From assembly GCA_040220235.1 (NCBI GenBank), contig JAVJTO010000031.1: 64,000 nt of DNA; one strand, 5' to 3'. Each line of letters opens with the position of its first letter. The stretch's first letter is position 1. Position numbers and translations under genes: made by a program. The notes under the pieces were generated by a model. That model did not search any database, was not told where the DNA came from, and saw only the letters and a program-made list of their open reading frames with translations. Below are positions 29,601 to 40,065 of this stretch, one piece after another. Source of the DNA: Coleofasciculus sp. B1-GNL1-01. GTDB lineage: Bacteria > Cyanobacteriota > Cyanobacteriia > Cyanobacteriales > Coleofasciculaceae.

Positions 29601-31471
29601 AAAATTAGCACGATCAGGATATTGCCATCAGCCGCCTGCTGTAATTGATTGACACAGGTTGCCAGTTGGCTCAGGGGTTGGGGATCTAACGCCGTATCCG
29701 ATGAAGGATTAGGGGTACAGCCTAAGGCATCGTTGAGTTGTCGAGAAAACTCTCCTCGCCAATCGCTGTAGACTTTCTGCACCACGGGGATTACCTCTCT
29801 GGCGCTAATCGTGCGACTCGCTAAGGCAGGGACTAATCCGGCGTGAATTAAAGAACTTTTACCCACCCCAGAGGAACCATGAATTACCGTTAATTTGTGA
29901 TCATTGCGGCTGAGACGTTCCAAAAGTCGATTTACATCTGGCAATCGCCCAGCCGCCGCTATTTCCAGGGGCGATAATTGGTGATCTTGTCGCCCAGAGA
30001 GTAAGGGTGCTGCACCCAGAAAGGTAAAAAAGCCATACTGTTGTTCGAGAGAGCGCTGTTTTTGCTTGAGTTCAAAGGCTCGTAGGTAGTCCTGGTGATC
30101 GAAGTAGAGCGATCGCAGTTCTTGGAGAATGTCTAGATAAAGCTGGGGAGACTGATGGGGAGCGTTTGGGAGTAACCCCTCTACCGTTAACGCCGCCTCT
30201 AAATCCGCGATCGCTGCTGCTGATTCCCCCAGTTGACGTTGGGCTTTGGCACGGATCAGTAAGTACCATCCCTGATGCTGAGGCTGACATAATTGGGACT
30301 GATCCAAAATATCTAACGCTGTTTGCGCGAAGACTTTGGCATCCTCCCAGTGGGATTCTTCTAATGCCACTGCCGCCAAAAAACCATAAGCTTGGGGTAA
30401 TTGAGCCGCATTGTCTTGGGTTTGAGACTGCGCCAACGACTGAAGTGCCAGCGCTTGTAAATCTGCCCAATTTTGCAGGTTTTGCAAGACTTCACCCAGT
30501 TGAATGGTTAAATGGGCAACCCAATCCAAACGTCCCGCCGTCGTAAAGGCGTCAATCCCTGCTTGCCAAAATTCTCTAGCTTTCTCCCAACTTCTATATT
30601 TATGACTTGGGTGTAATTGAGCTTGACGACAATAACACCAACCCAGATGACACTGCAAGATGCCAATCCGTTCTAATAATTGCTGATCAGTGCCATCGGA
30701 GACAGCACAGGAAATCTGTTGCCAAACATCTAGACTCCGTTGATACTGTTCCAGAGCCACCTCAATCAAGTCATGTTTAAAGGCATCTCTGGCTAAAATA
30801 AACTGCCATGTCGCATAGTGAGTAGGTTCTAGATTCACACCACGCCCCTGCAAATCCCGTAATGCGGATTCGAGTTCTTGACGACGCTGACATCCCGGCG
30901 ACAGCTTGAGCGCTTCATTGGACAAAAATTCACCGACACTTTTCTCTAAAAGCGTGGTAAACAGTTCATCAGTTGTGTGTTGCCATAAGTCCAATAACTC
31001 GGCGGTTGCCAGTTCAAATTTAATCGACGTTGCCGCCCAACTCTTAAAATCAGGAGCAAATCGGGCTAATTTGTGGAGTAATTCATCAGTGACCCATAAA
31101 ACGATAGGAAAGCTAAAACTTTTCGGAAATTCGTCGCGTACCTGATTGGTGGAGATTAAGACTGGATCAATTGCGGTCACAGATTCCAGACCAAATACGA
31201 GCAAGCCAGATAAGTCCTCTTTCGCGATCGCGTCTAGGATAACGGTATATAAGGTTTGACTGGATTCTTGAAGCACTAACTGTTTCAAGGGAATTCCTGT
31301 CAGCCCTTGGAGTTGCTGCCACATCGGTTGTTTGCAGCACTCATAGTTGCAGCGGACTAAAATCAGGGCAAATTGTCCTTCCGATAGGGTGATTGCCCGA
31401 GCGAGGGTAGATAGTGAACGCTCATTGGCTAAGACTATTTCTTCGGCTCTCTCTCTCTCTTTCTCCTTCAT
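26606..31471 (-). CDS. NLR-like protein: inactive P-loop-like N-domain, TPR-like helices, STAND NTPase, TM, ~14 WD40 repeats
   Basis: HGSSGVGKSSL, LIFDQFEEFF, LSLREDY, YQLVHDYL; repeated GH...SVSFSPDG..LASAS.D.TVKLW. Confidence 0.88.
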   Translation of the reverse strand: MKEKERERAEEIVLANERSLSTLARAITLSEGQFALILVRCNYECCKQPMWQQLQGLTGIPLKQLVLQESSQTLYTVILDAIAKEDLSGLLVFGLESVTAIDPVLISTNQVRDEFPKSFSFPIVLWVTDELLHKLARFAPDFKSWAATSIKFELATAELLDLWQHTTDELFTTLLEKSVGEFLSNEALKLSPGCQRRQELESALRDLQGRGVNLEPTHYATWQFILARDAFKHDLIEVALEQYQRSLDVWQQISCAVSDGTDQQLLERIGILQCHLGWCYCRQAQLHPSHKYRSWEKAREFWQAGIDAFTTAGRLDWVAHLTIQLGEVLQNLQNWADLQALALQSLAQSQTQDNAAQLPQAYGFLAAVALEESHWEDAKVFAQTALDILDQSQLCQPQHQGWYLLIRAKAQRQLGESAAAIADLEAALTVEGLLPNAPHQSPQLYLDILQELRSLYFDHQDYLRAFELKQKQRSLEQQYGFFTFLGAAPLLSGRQDHQLSPLEIAAAGRLPDVNRLLERLSRNDHKLTVIHGSSGVGKSSLIHAGLVPALASRTISAREVIPVVQKVYSDWRGEFSRQLNDALGCTPNPSSDTALDPQPLSQLATCVNQLQQAADGNILIVLIFDQFEEFFFVCTELEQRRQFYEFLEHCLNLPFVKVILSLREDYLHYLLECERYTNLSAINNNILDRQLRYHLGDLSPREAKNVISTLASGSQFKLDDALIDALVQDLASPTESVRLIELQVVGMQLQTEKITTLAQYQALGTNPKATLVERWLLNAIADCGSENQETVWQVLFSLTDDRGTRPLKTQTELESGTKDLDMGHTPSVIKSLSSLSLILEILVGSGLLFRLPDEPEDRYQLVHDYLVAPIRHHYKKRRKQTLVTRLKHSQMELLRVRKQRLRAIAVGTAMAVLAVTAGGLGWRAEVQRRRAATLTFNAQLAAISASSEALFASGKEFDALLEALRGARQLKQVAVGVKPDTHLQVIAALSQAVDSVTERNRLEGHSDIVWDVSFSPDGELIASASRDRTVKLWRPDGTLVTTLQGHQDSITSVSFSPDSQLIASSSWDGTVKLWRRDGTLVRMLTGHDGYVYSVSFSPDGEHLASTGADGTVRLWRVDGELIHTLSAHKKAAQWVSFSPNGEMLASAGSDQTIKLWTKDGQLWKTLTGHQGKVNSVAFSPDGQFIASASDDRTVKLWDTQGQLIKTLSQPERWVLNVTFSADSQLIAAASADNTVRLWNRDGKLLKTFKGHSDRVTAVSFSPTQQAKETAAPLATPVILASASYDKTIKLWELRQQSQLILRGHDDDVRDVTFSPNGERIATASNDKTVKLWDRLGQLLHTLTGHTERIYSVSFSPDGERLASASRDGTIRLWNREGELIKVLNGHQDWVLDVSFSPDSQTLVSASRDKTIKLWTRDGVLMKTLKGHQSRVNGVTFSPDGQVLASASDDQTVKLWTANGQLLKTLKGHSNWVLDVSFSADSQLLASASYDNTVKLWNRQGELQTTLKGSTDSVARVEFSPRGNILATTSWDNRVQIWRLDDTLVKTWEAEEGRVTSVNWSQDGQALAVGTEDNTAIVWNLDLEELLAKSCNWLQDYLNHNPDVKQSNRELCQPIAREKGNK

Positions 31472-32003
31472 TCCTATCAAAATGTGACTACTCCTAGGTG
31501 GCTATCGTCGAGTAAGCTGGTGTTAATAAGGGACTTTAAATACAAAGGCTAAAAAACAGAAAACCAACCAATAAGACCTCTATTGGCTTCGGCGGATGGA
31601 TCTGCTATTTTAATGACAGATCTTTTATTAAAGCGTATCTTTGATAAGATAAAAGCTATTTATTGAGAAATTTAACCCACTTCTAAAATCACAACTTAGA
31701 CGCAGACAATTTAACAAGTTTCAATAGAATTAAACAGTGAGATCAACTGATAAAAATCGTGACAAAATTTTATAGTAAATGTGACTTGGATCACTGATGT
31801 GTTATTCGTCATTTGTCAGGCAATAGGTAACACCTCGACTTACCTCGACTTCGCTCGGTAACACGCTCGGTGTGGAATATGCAGTAGGGTAATGGGCTAT
31901 AGAAATTTTGTCTCCCATCTTCCCCAGCTCCCCCCGCTCCCAGACGTGCCATGGCACGTCTCTACATTGCTCCCCCCGCTCCCCCAGCTTCCCCAGCTCC
32001 CCA

Positions 32004-33332
32004 TCAAGCACTCACATCAGCAACCGATTTAAACCGAGCAGTCTCGGCTAAAGCTGGGTTTACTCCAAACCAACGACCCAAGTCATCGCGGTATTCATAG
32101 ACAAACATACTGCGTAACAGAGTTTGATATTCTTTTTCCCCGCGAATGGACTGCTGCTGAACCACCTGAAAGAGTAACTGCCATTCTGCATCCTCAACCG
32201 CTAACGCCAGATCGTCCCGGTATCCCTTAATTACACTCTCTAAGCATTCGCGAGAAAAGGGTGGATCTTCTTGTTGCAGGCAGTTATACAGCAGTCCCAA
32301 CAAGTTACGAATGTGACCCCCACTAATCCGACAGATGCGATCTAGGGTTTCGGGACTGTCAAAAACCTCTGGGATTAAATTTAAGCGCTCTTGGGGAGGA
32401 ACCTGGGGAAACGCACGGGCTAAAACCAGTTGTCGGAGTAATGCCATTCCTTGCGGAAACTCCCGCCCATCTCGATACCAGATCGGCACCATGGGTAACA
32501 CTTTAGGAGCCACACCCCCGCCCAAGCGATTCTTTAGGGTTTCGTACTCGTTCGAGAACATCAGCGCTAAGGGGATGGTATAAACCAGATGACAGCGTAA
32601 GCGTCGCAATTGAGAGCCGCGATCGATAAACAAGTACTCAGGCTGCGATCGCCCCGCATGAACGGGTCGGGGATCAACGCGATCCAAGTTGTCTATAATC
32701 ACGACTAACCCTTGTTTACCTCGTTGTTTAAGCTTTTTAATCGCCGGTTCAATGATTTCAGTATTAATCGCCTGCAAAATCCCTTGAGTACGAGGCTCTA
32801 GGTGTTGTCTGAGCTGTTCGCGCAGTTGAGGACTATCTTTGGTTTTGGCAGTGACTTTGGCAATACCGACGGACAGTTCAGCCGCTACATCCACATCGAT
32901 AGGCGTCTGTAAAAAATCATTAATCTCGTTGAAGAGTTTGTTAAAGTACCGGGGTTGGAGACGAATCCCGATCGCTTCCAGATTTTCACTCACTGACCGA
33001 GCGATGCTGAGTAAAATATCGCTAATATCAACATCTGCCATATCCAAGTCTTGAGACGACTCAAAATAGACAACGTGAAATTGTTCCGCCTCTAACTGAG
33101 CCTTCAAGCGAAACAATTCTGTAGACTTACCACAGCCAATATGTCCCGTAAAAAGCTGACAGGTAGGTTCATCCGGCGAAAGTCGTGCGATCGTGCGTCC
33201 TAAGGCTTCGATAATTTTGCCGCCCCGCACAGACGAAAAATTAATATAGTACTGACGATCCTCTGGATTGCCCATCACTAGAGTTCTAGCTGGGTTACAA
33301 GCTTTGAAAAAAGTAGGTAGATGCAGTTTCAT
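32004..33332 (-). CDS. P-loop ATPase of the type found upstream of cyanobacterial STAND/TPR/WD40 genes
   Basis: LFTGHIGCGKSTEL, VIIDNLDR, SGGHIRNLL; start likely ATG 33332. Confidence 0.8.
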   Translation of the reverse strand: MKLHLPTFFKACNPARTLVMGNPEDRQYYINFSSVRGGKIIEALGRTIARLSPDEPTCQLFTGHIGCGKSTELFRLKAQLEAEQFHVVYFESSQDLDMADVDISDILLSIARSVSENLEAIGIRLQPRYFNKLFNEINDFLQTPIDVDVAAELSVGIAKVTAKTKDSPQLREQLRQHLEPRTQGILQAINTEIIEPAIKKLKQRGKQGLVVIIDNLDRVDPRPVHAGRSQPEYLFIDRGSQLRRLRCHLVYTIPLALMFSNEYETLKNRLGGGVAPKVLPMVPIWYRDGREFPQGMALLRQLVLARAFPQVPPQERLNLIPEVFDSPETLDRICRISGGHIRNLLGLLYNCLQQEDPPFSRECLESVIKGYRDDLALAVEDAEWQLLFQVVQQQSIRGEKEYQTLLRSMFVYEYRDDLGRWFGVNPALAETARFKSVADVSA

Positions 33333-33426
33333 AAAGCAAGACTCTTGAGTCACCTGATTCAAGTAGAGCGTAAATCATTGACCGAACCCTTATACGTAGG
33401 GGTAATACCCCCTTTAGTGTAGAGGA

Positions 33427-33545
33427 GGGGGTGATGGGGTGATGGGGTGATGGGGGAGATGGGGGAGATGGGGAAGATGGGGGAGCAAATGACGAATGAC
33501 GAATGACGAATGACGAATGACGAATGACGAATGACAAATGACGAA
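33427..33545. repeat. Composite tandem array: GGGGTGAT 8-mers, GGGGGAGAT 9-mers, about 8 TGACGAA heptamers
   Basis: Directly visible. Confidence 0.9.
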
Positions 33546-33694
33546 CCAATGGTTAAATGGGAAAAGTAGGTTAAGTTGACCAACAAACAAGCAAATTCAA
33601 TAGGCTGACGTTATTTCATCCGGATTCTTTACTCTCCCGGCAAGGAAAAATAGGATGGTGGCATTGATATATTTTGAACCTCTAGCGGTAGTAG

Positions 33695-34516
33695 ATGGCA
33701 AATATTGCATCAGTTTCCCAAGCCCAAATCAGTAATCGGCGACAACAGCTAAGACGCGCACGCCGAGTTAAATTTTTTCAGGCGCTGTGGCGATCGCTTA
33801 TGGTAGGCGGTATGGCTAGCGGTTTGATTTGGGCGATTACCTTACCCGATTGGGTAATTCGCCAACCGGAACAAATTGACATTGAGGGCAATCAATTTCT
33901 CTCAACTCAGGCGATTCGGTCGCTGCTCCCCTTATCCTATCCTCAATCACTCTGGCGAGTGGAACCCCAGGCGATCGCAGAGTCTCTCGAAGATGCTGCA
34001 CCCATTGCTGAAGCCACAGTAACTCGTCAACTTATGCCTCCGGGGTTGATCATTCAAGTGCAAGAACGCCAACCTGTGGCGATCGCTCAGGGGCAAACTC
34101 AGACAACCTCAGAACCAGGCTTTTTGGATGAACGAGGCGTCTGGATGCCCCAGAGTAGCTATCGTTCTCTCAAAGCCAATGTTGAGTTACCCACGCTGCA
34201 AGTGCGGGGTCAGAATGAACACTATCGTCCATACTGGTCGCAAGTGTATCCGGTTGTCCATCACTCTCCCGTCAAAATCCTGGAGATTGATTGGCGCAAC
34301 CCAGCCAATTTAATCTTGAAAACCGAATTAGGAAATGTGCATCTAGGATCGGATAGTTCCAAATTGGCGGAACAACTGGCAGTTTTGGATCGCATGAGAC
34401 AATTACCCACTCAGCTTCAACCTAGTCAAATCGCCTATATTGATCTCAAAAACCCAGACCGTCCGGTGATTCAGATGAATGCGGCAAGTGAAACCCCTAA
34501 ACCGGATCATGACTAA
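33695..34516 (+). CDS. ftsQ: Cell division protein FtsQ/DivIB
   Basis: TM plus POTRA, VQERQPVA, YIDL; directly upstream of ftsZ. Confidence 0.9.
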   Translation: MANIASVSQAQISNRRQQLRRARRVKFFQALWRSLMVGGMASGLIWAITLPDWVIRQPEQIDIEGNQFLSTQAIRSLLPLSYPQSLWRVEPQAIAESLEDAAPIAEATVTRQLMPPGLIIQVQERQPVAIAQGQTQTTSEPGFLDERGVWMPQSSYRSLKANVELPTLQVRGQNEHYRPYWSQVYPVVHHSPVKILEIDWRNPANLILKTELGNVHLGSDSSKLAEQLAVLDRMRQLPTQLQPSQIAYIDLKNPDRPVIQMNAASETPKPDHD

Positions 34517-34706
34517 CCATGGCGGTAATAGTGGTATAAAAGAAAATTCAGCTATGCCCATTGGGGCAACTCTTGAGGAGAGTACCCTTCAAGAGTATTT
34601 ACAACAAACCGGGGTGTTCGTTGGTTTTTCAATCGACTTACCCTATAGTTGACTCAGATTGTTACATATAACTGATAAAGTTGATTATCAACCCTGACCT
34701 ATTCCA

Positions 34707-35975
34707 ATGACGCTTAATAGTAAACTAGGGCTTGTCCATCAAAGCTCTCCGATAACGCTGAATACCGATCTTTCAGTTGGAGCGGAGAATACCCATCCCT
34801 TCAGCAACTCTGGGTTGCAGTTTAGTCAACCCCATGATTATGATTCCAAAGGGATTCCCAGGGAAGACGCGAGGAGCGACAACATTTTGCCAGGTAATGT
34901 TGCCAGAATTAAAGTGGTTGGTGTTGGTGGTGGCGGTGGTAATGCCGTCAACCGGATGATTGCCAGTGAAGTGGCTGGGATCGAGTTTTGGTCAATTAAT
35001 ACCGATTCTCAAGCCCTTTCTCAAAACTCCGCCGCCAAACGCTTGCAGGTGGGTCAGAAGTTGACACGAGGACTCGGTGCGGGGGGAAATCCCGCCATTG
35101 GTCAAAAAGCCGCAGAAGAATCTCGTGATGAAATTGCCCAAGCCCTAGCCGAGTCCGATTTGGTTTTCATTACAGCCGGGATGGGTGGCGGTACAGGAAC
35201 GGGTGCAGCACCAATTGTGGCAGAAATCGCCAAAGAAATGGGCGCGTTAACGGTGGGCGTAGTCACTCGCCCGTTTACCTTTGAAGGACGCCGCCGCACG
35301 TCTCAAGCGGAGGAAGGGATTGCGGCGCTGCAAAGTCGCGTCGATACTCTAATCGTGATTCCCAATAATAAGCTGTTGTCGGTGATTTCTGAACAAACAC
35401 CCGTTCAAGATGCGTTTAGAGTTGCCGATGATATCCTGCGTCAAGGTGTACAAGGGATTTCAGATATTATCACCGTTCCAGGGTTAGTGAATGTCGATTT
35501 TGCTGATGTTCGAGCTGTTATGGCAGATGCGGGTTCAGCGTTAATGGGAATTGGTGTAGGTTCCGGTAAATCCCGCGCTAGAGAAGCGGCGGTGGCAGCG
35601 ATTTCCTCGCCGCTGCTGGAGTCGTCGGTGGAAGGCGCTAGAGGGGTAGTTTTTAATATTACAGGTGGTAGTGATCTGACGCTACACGAAGTTAATGCGG
35701 CGGCGGAAACAATTTACGAGGTGGTTGATCCTAACGCTAATATTATTTTTGGTGCTGTGATTGATGACAGGCTGCAAGGTGAAATTAGAATTACGGTGAT
35801 TGCCACGGGATTTAGTGGTGAAGTGCCACCTCCCCCACCTGTCAATGAAGTTCCCCGTTATACGCGACCAGTCACACCGAGACCTAATCCGCCAAACCCT
35901 GCACCAGAACCGAAAAGCCGACCGGGACTAGATATTCCCGAATTTTTGCAACGGCGTCGTTTTCCCAGAAGCTAG
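34707..35975 (+). CDS. ftsZ: Cell division protein FtsZ
   Basis: [36 protein letters not shown]. Confidence 0.99.
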   Translation: MTLNSKLGLVHQSSPITLNTDLSVGAENTHPFSNSGLQFSQPHDYDSKGIPREDARSDNILPGNVARIKVVGVGGGGGNAVNRMIASEVAGIEFWSINTDSQALSQNSAAKRLQVGQKLTRGLGAGGNPAIGQKAAEESRDEIAQALAESDLVFITAGMGGGTGTGAAPIVAEIAKEMGALTVGVVTRPFTFEGRRRTSQAEEGIAALQSRVDTLIVIPNNKLLSVISEQTPVQDAFRVADDILRQGVQGISDIITVPGLVNVDFADVRAVMADAGSALMGIGVGSGKSRAREAAVAAISSPLLESSVEGARGVVFNITGGSDLTLHEVNAAAETIYEVVDPNANIIFGAVIDDRLQGEIRITVIATGFSGEVPPPPPVNEVPRYTRPVTPRPNPPNPAPEPKSRPGLDIPEFLQRRRFPRS

Positions 35976-36094
35976 TACGAGAAGGTAGGGAAGCAGGGGA
36001 AGCAATGTAGAGACGTGCCATGGCGCGTCTGGAAGCTGGGGGAGTTAACTTAAAACGCTTACTGTTAACTGTTAATTGTTAACTGACAAAACTG

Positions 36095-36895
36095 ATGCAA
36101 GTACCAGTAGCGCTGACAATAGCCGGATCAGATAGCGGCGGTGGGGCGGGAATTCAGGCAGATTTGAAAACCTATGCCTTTCACCGGGTTCATGGTGCGA
36201 GTGTCCTGACTTGTGTCACCGCCCAGAATACTCAAGGGGTCAACCGCGTTGATGCTTTGCCAGTCGCCGCCGTTGTTGCTCAAATTGAGGCGGTGGTGTG
36301 CGATATGGGGACTCAGGCAACCAAAACGGGCATGTTACTCAACGCCGAGATTATTAATGCTGTAGTGTCTCAGGTTAAGAGTTTCCAGCTTGAACCTCTT
36401 GTTGTTGATCCGGTGATGGTATCGCGCACAGGAGACCAACTGATTGATGATCAGGCGGTAACGTCTTTGCGAGAAGGTTTGATTCCTCTGGCAACGATAG
36501 TGACACCCAATCGTTATGAAGCTCAATTACTCAGTGGTTTAGAGATTCATACCCTTGATGATATGCGATCGGCTGCCCAACGCATTTATCAACTGGGAGC
36601 AAACGCTGTCTTAGTTAAAGGCGGTGCGATGAGGGGTGATCTGTGTGGGGTCGATGTCTGGTTTGATGGGTCTCAGTTCTACACCCTGAAAACAACGTTG
36701 ATTGAAACCAAGAATAATCACGGCACAGGTTGTACACTCAGTAGTGCGATCGCGGCGAATTTGGCGATGGGCAAAAATCCACTCACCGCCGTGCAAAGGG
36801 CAAAGGAGTATGTGACAACAGCCCTGCAACACGCTCTCGACATTGGTCAAGGATATGGACCTGTCGGGCATTTTTTCCCATTATTGCCCGCTTGA
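36095..36895 (+). CDS. thiD: HMP/HMP-P kinase
   Basis: LTIAGSDSGGGAGIQADLK, DPVM, HGTGCTLS. Confidence 0.95.
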   Translation: MQVPVALTIAGSDSGGGAGIQADLKTYAFHRVHGASVLTCVTAQNTQGVNRVDALPVAAVVAQIEAVVCDMGTQATKTGMLLNAEIINAVVSQVKSFQLEPLVVDPVMVSRTGDQLIDDQAVTSLREGLIPLATIVTPNRYEAQLLSGLEIHTLDDMRSAAQRIYQLGANAVLVKGGAMRGDLCGVDVWFDGSQFYTLKTTLIETKNNHGTGCTLSSAIAANLAMGKNPLTAVQRAKEYVTTALQHALDIGQGYGPVGHFFPLLPA

Positions 36896-37100
36896 TGACC
36901 GGAAATGGCAAAAAGATGGGGTTAATGTTAAATAGCATTGAACTCTTCTCGAAAGAGGCGAATAGTGTAAGATAGGCGTCGTATAATTGCCACAGTAATG
37001 GAGCTAGGAGATCAGCGGCAGGATGGTTACAACTCTACCTAGATCGTTCACTACCCCACCTATGCTCATCCCATAAACAAGGTATCCAGCCGCGAATTAA

Positions 37101-37700
37101 ATGAATTCTAATCCCCCAATTAATCCTTCTATGCAAAATCCGCCAACCGACCGTTATAGCCCGTCAACCGCTGCCAATACTTATTGCCCGTCAGTGCCAA
37201 TCTCTGTATACCGGGAACTAGCGGCTGAGTTACAAGCAGCCCAAGCGATGTTGGATTCCCTCAATGGTCAAAATAAGCAGTTGGTCAAACAAAACCAAAA
37301 ACTGCGCCAAGAAGTGGAAAAAGTGCTGCAATCGAGCCAACATCTCCAGCAGGTAGTGGATTCATTGACACCCGTCACCGGGGTGGAAATGCCTCGACGC
37401 CAATCGATTCCCTCAGCATCCCATCCCACCCCGTCAATCCCTAAATCACCTAAATCCGCTCCCTCTAGGGTAGGGGTTGAGGTTCCCCCTCCTCATCCCC
37501 AGTTAGACCCCCTTTCCTCGCCTTACAGAGAAAGTTTCGTCATTGAACAGGGAGACTCTCGTTCCCGGCGTACATCCGCCTCTGAGGGTCACAGAGAGGT
37601 CAATGGTTGGTTTTTAGTCTTAGCCATCGTGTTGATTGTACTCAGTGCCTTTGGTGCAGGTTTTCTGATTGTACGACCCTTATTAAATAACAATCGTTAA
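37101..37700 (+). CDS. Coiled-coil protein with C-terminal membrane anchor
   Basis: SVPISVYRELAAEL coiled coil, Pro/Ser linker, C-terminal TM. Confidence 0.7.
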   Translation: MNSNPPINPSMQNPPTDRYSPSTAANTYCPSVPISVYRELAAELQAAQAMLDSLNGQNKQLVKQNQKLRQEVEKVLQSSQHLQQVVDSLTPVTGVEMPRRQSIPSASHPTPSIPKSPKSAPSRVGVEVPPPHPQLDPLSSPYRESFVIEQGDSRSRRTSASEGHREVNGWFLVLAIVLIVLSAFGAGFLIVRPLLNNNR

Positions 37701-37720
37701 TTGTCCAATGGCGAATGACG

Positions 37721-37796
37721 TAGCTTGCTTCTTGTCAAGAGCGAGTACGACAAAGGACAAATGACAAATGACAAATGACAAATGACAAATGACGAA
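37721..37796. repeat. Dispersed ~31-bp element (relative at 39472-39502) plus (TGACAAA)n array
   Basis: TAGCTTGCTTCTTGTC..GAGCGAGTA seen twice; heptamer array at 37749-37796. Confidence 0.8.
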
Positions 37797-38201
37797 TTAA
37801 AGATTCGTAGAAATTGCCTGAACTGGACAAGTGGGGATACACTGCTCACAGACAATACACCGCGATCGCGTAAAGTTGAGTCGAAAGTCATCGGGGTTCA
37901 GGGTTAAGGCTTCTGTGGGACACACACCCGTACACAATCCACAATCGACACAACTGGTTTCGTCAATCAAGATTTCTCGGTCAATCAGGGATACATTGAT
38001 ATCGTGCGATCGCATCCACTCAATGGCAGCATCAAGCTGATCGATATCTCCTGAGAGTTCCACCACGAGTTTGCCAATTTGATTGGGGGCAACTTGAGCG
38101 CGGATAATATTGGCGGCGACATTGAAATCCTTTGCCAGTCGGTAGGTTACTGGCATTTGGACTGTGCGTTTTGGAAAGGTGAGGGTTAGCCGTTTTTTCA
38201 T
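37797..38201 (-). CDS. NIL-domain 2x[4Fe-4S] ferredoxin
   Basis: Two CxxCxxCxxxCP motifs after a NIL domain. Confidence 0.9.
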   Translation of the reverse strand: MKKRLTLTFPKRTVQMPVTYRLAKDFNVAANIIRAQVAPNQIGKLVVELSGDIDQLDAAIEWMRSHDINVSLIDREILIDETSCVDCGLCTGVCPTEALTLNPDDFRLNFTRSRCIVCEQCIPTCPVQAISTNL

Positions 38202-38271
38202 GGTCTTGTTAGCCTATGGACAGCATCGTTTTGATGAAACTTGACAAGTTGTAACTTAAATTGCGTTAAAC

Positions 38272-38871
38272 ATGACCGCGAATTCCCCAGACTCCGGCTC
38301 TCCATCTCCCCAGACACCTAAAGCAAGTCTCAGCTCTCGGCTGAGAAATTTTATAATTGCCCTAGTCGCCATCATTCTTGGCGTTGCCCTATTCTTAGGA
38401 TTACAAACACAGACGGGTTCGGCTTCTCTCGATGCCCAAGCTGAGGAATCTACCCCCCTAGAAGTTGCCATGAGTAATGGCAAGCCAACCTTAATGGAGT
38501 TCTATGCTAACTGGTGTACTACTTGTCAAGCCATGGCGCAAGACTTGGGGGAATTGAAACAACAGTACACCGACTCGGTTAATTTTGTGATGCTGAATGT
38601 GGATAACAGCAAGTGGTTACCCGAAATTCTCAACTACCGAGTCGATGGTATCCCCCATTTTGTGTTTTTAGACGCCCAAGGCGAAGCCATTGCCCAAACG
38701 ATTGGGGAACAACCTCGCCCAGTTTTAGAGGCGAACTTAGAAGCCTTGGTCGCTGACCTACCTTTACCCTATACTCAAGGTGATGGACAAGTCTCTACAT
38801 TTAAAGCGCCTGTGTCATCGTCAAAGGCGTCTCCAGATGATCCTCGGAGTCATGGCAGTCAGGTTAATTAG
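38272..38871 (+). CDS. txlA: Membrane-anchored thioredoxin-like thiol:disulfide interchange protein (TxlA/HCF164-like)
   Basis: TM followed by EFYANWCTTC, VDGIPHF and C-terminal DPRSHG. Confidence 0.85.
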   Translation: MTANSPDSGSPSPQTPKASLSSRLRNFIIALVAIILGVALFLGLQTQTGSASLDAQAEESTPLEVAMSNGKPTLMEFYANWCTTCQAMAQDLGELKQQYTDSVNFVMLNVDNSKWLPEILNYRVDGIPHFVFLDAQGEAIAQTIGEQPRPVLEANLEALVADLPLPYTQGDGQVSTFKAPVSSSKASPDDPRSHGSQVN

Positions 38872-39065
38872 TCAGCACCGTTTAACGTGAACAGTTAGGA
38901 GCATCATTTGTCCTTTGCCTTATGTCTTATGTAGGAGTTTGAGGAAAACCCTTGCCAAAAAAAAATCTACCAATAGTAAAGTTTTCGTTACAGAGTTTTG
39001 GAGGCAGAGGCTTCACTCTATTATCTTGGAGATGGGAGAGCTATTAGGCTACTAGGAGGATAAAA

Positions 39066-39359
39066 ATGGCAGATCAACACTCCCCAGCCAATTACACCAG
39101 CGCAGACTTAGAGAAGGCGGCACTCAGCCGATTTCGTTCTCTTATATCGTTTCTACCTAAAAATTGTAAATTATTTCGAGAACTCTGGAACCGTTCTACA
39201 GTATTATGCTTAGACTTTGAAAATTGCCCTAACTTTCTTGATCAGGTTATGGGTCAATCTTTTTTACTACTACTCGTCGCCCATTACTTAGGATTAGCAG
39301 ACTCTGTACTTTTCCGAAGAGGTAAAAAGGTAATGGGATGGATGACTATGATGACCTAG
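39066..39359 (+). CDS. Hypothetical protein
   Basis: Strong SD AGGAGG; 97 aa. Confidence 0.7.
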   Translation: MADQHSPANYTSADLEKAALSRFRSLISFLPKNCKLFRELWNRSTVLCLDFENCPNFLDQVMGQSFLLLLVAHYLGLADSVLFRRGKKVMGWMTMMT

Positions 39360-39625
39360 CACATTCATTCAATAAGCCCAGTTAGGCGGTCACGCTGTTG
39401 ATTAGCAAATCAAGCGTTATGTCAAGATTGGGCAAATTATAACCCTTACACAGGATAAATGACAAAGGATCTAGCTTGCTTCTTGTCGGGAGCGAGTATG
39501 ACGATTCCAGCTTGAACTTTAATTGTGTCCACTGACTTGGGTAATTGCAGAATCTGTAACGATTGCTACTGTGCTGCCTATGAGTTTAATGAACCATAGA
39601 CTTGATTTATTCCTTCCGTAGTTTT

Positions 39626-39865
39626 ATGACGCTGATACTTTGGTCAATAACTTTACTGATTGCCTTAATAGCCTTCTACCTCAGCATTAAAGTTACTGAA
39701 GAAATAGAACGAGTGGCGGCTGTACTCACTGCCTTAATCTGCTTAATATTTTGCTTGTTTTTTGCTCCGTTGCCGATAAAAATAACAATTCTACTCCTTC
39801 TCCTCGTTAGTCTCAACTACACAGTTAATTTAATTAGTCGATATATTTCATCTGACTCTGATTAA
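39626..39865 (+). CDS. Small hydrophobic membrane protein
   Basis: Two to three TM segments, FFAPLPIK. Confidence 0.6.
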   Translation: MTLILWSITLLIALIAFYLSIKVTEEIERVAAVLTALICLIFCLFFAPLPIKITILLLLLVSLNYTVNLISRYISSDSD

Positions 39866-40065
39866 CACAACTCAATCCGGGTTAACTACTCCCTGCTGGA
39901 ATAGGGAGAAGCTCCAAGGCTACAAGGCAGGGGGGTAGAGGGTAGAGGTTAAAAGGGTAATGCTTTCTCCCTCTAAAAATCCAAAATTTTCCTGACATTA
40001 TTACCTGGTACTGTTAATGATAATATTGACATGACGTAAATTGGCTGAAACGTTGAGGAGAAATC

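Noticed and set aside
33295..33586. ORFs with SSFVIRH repeats
   Set aside because: Artefacts of the TGACGAA heptamer array
35976..36094. TPP riboswitch upstream of thiD
   Set aside because: The spacer is filled by a REP-like palindrome and short repeats; no TPP aptamer core was seen
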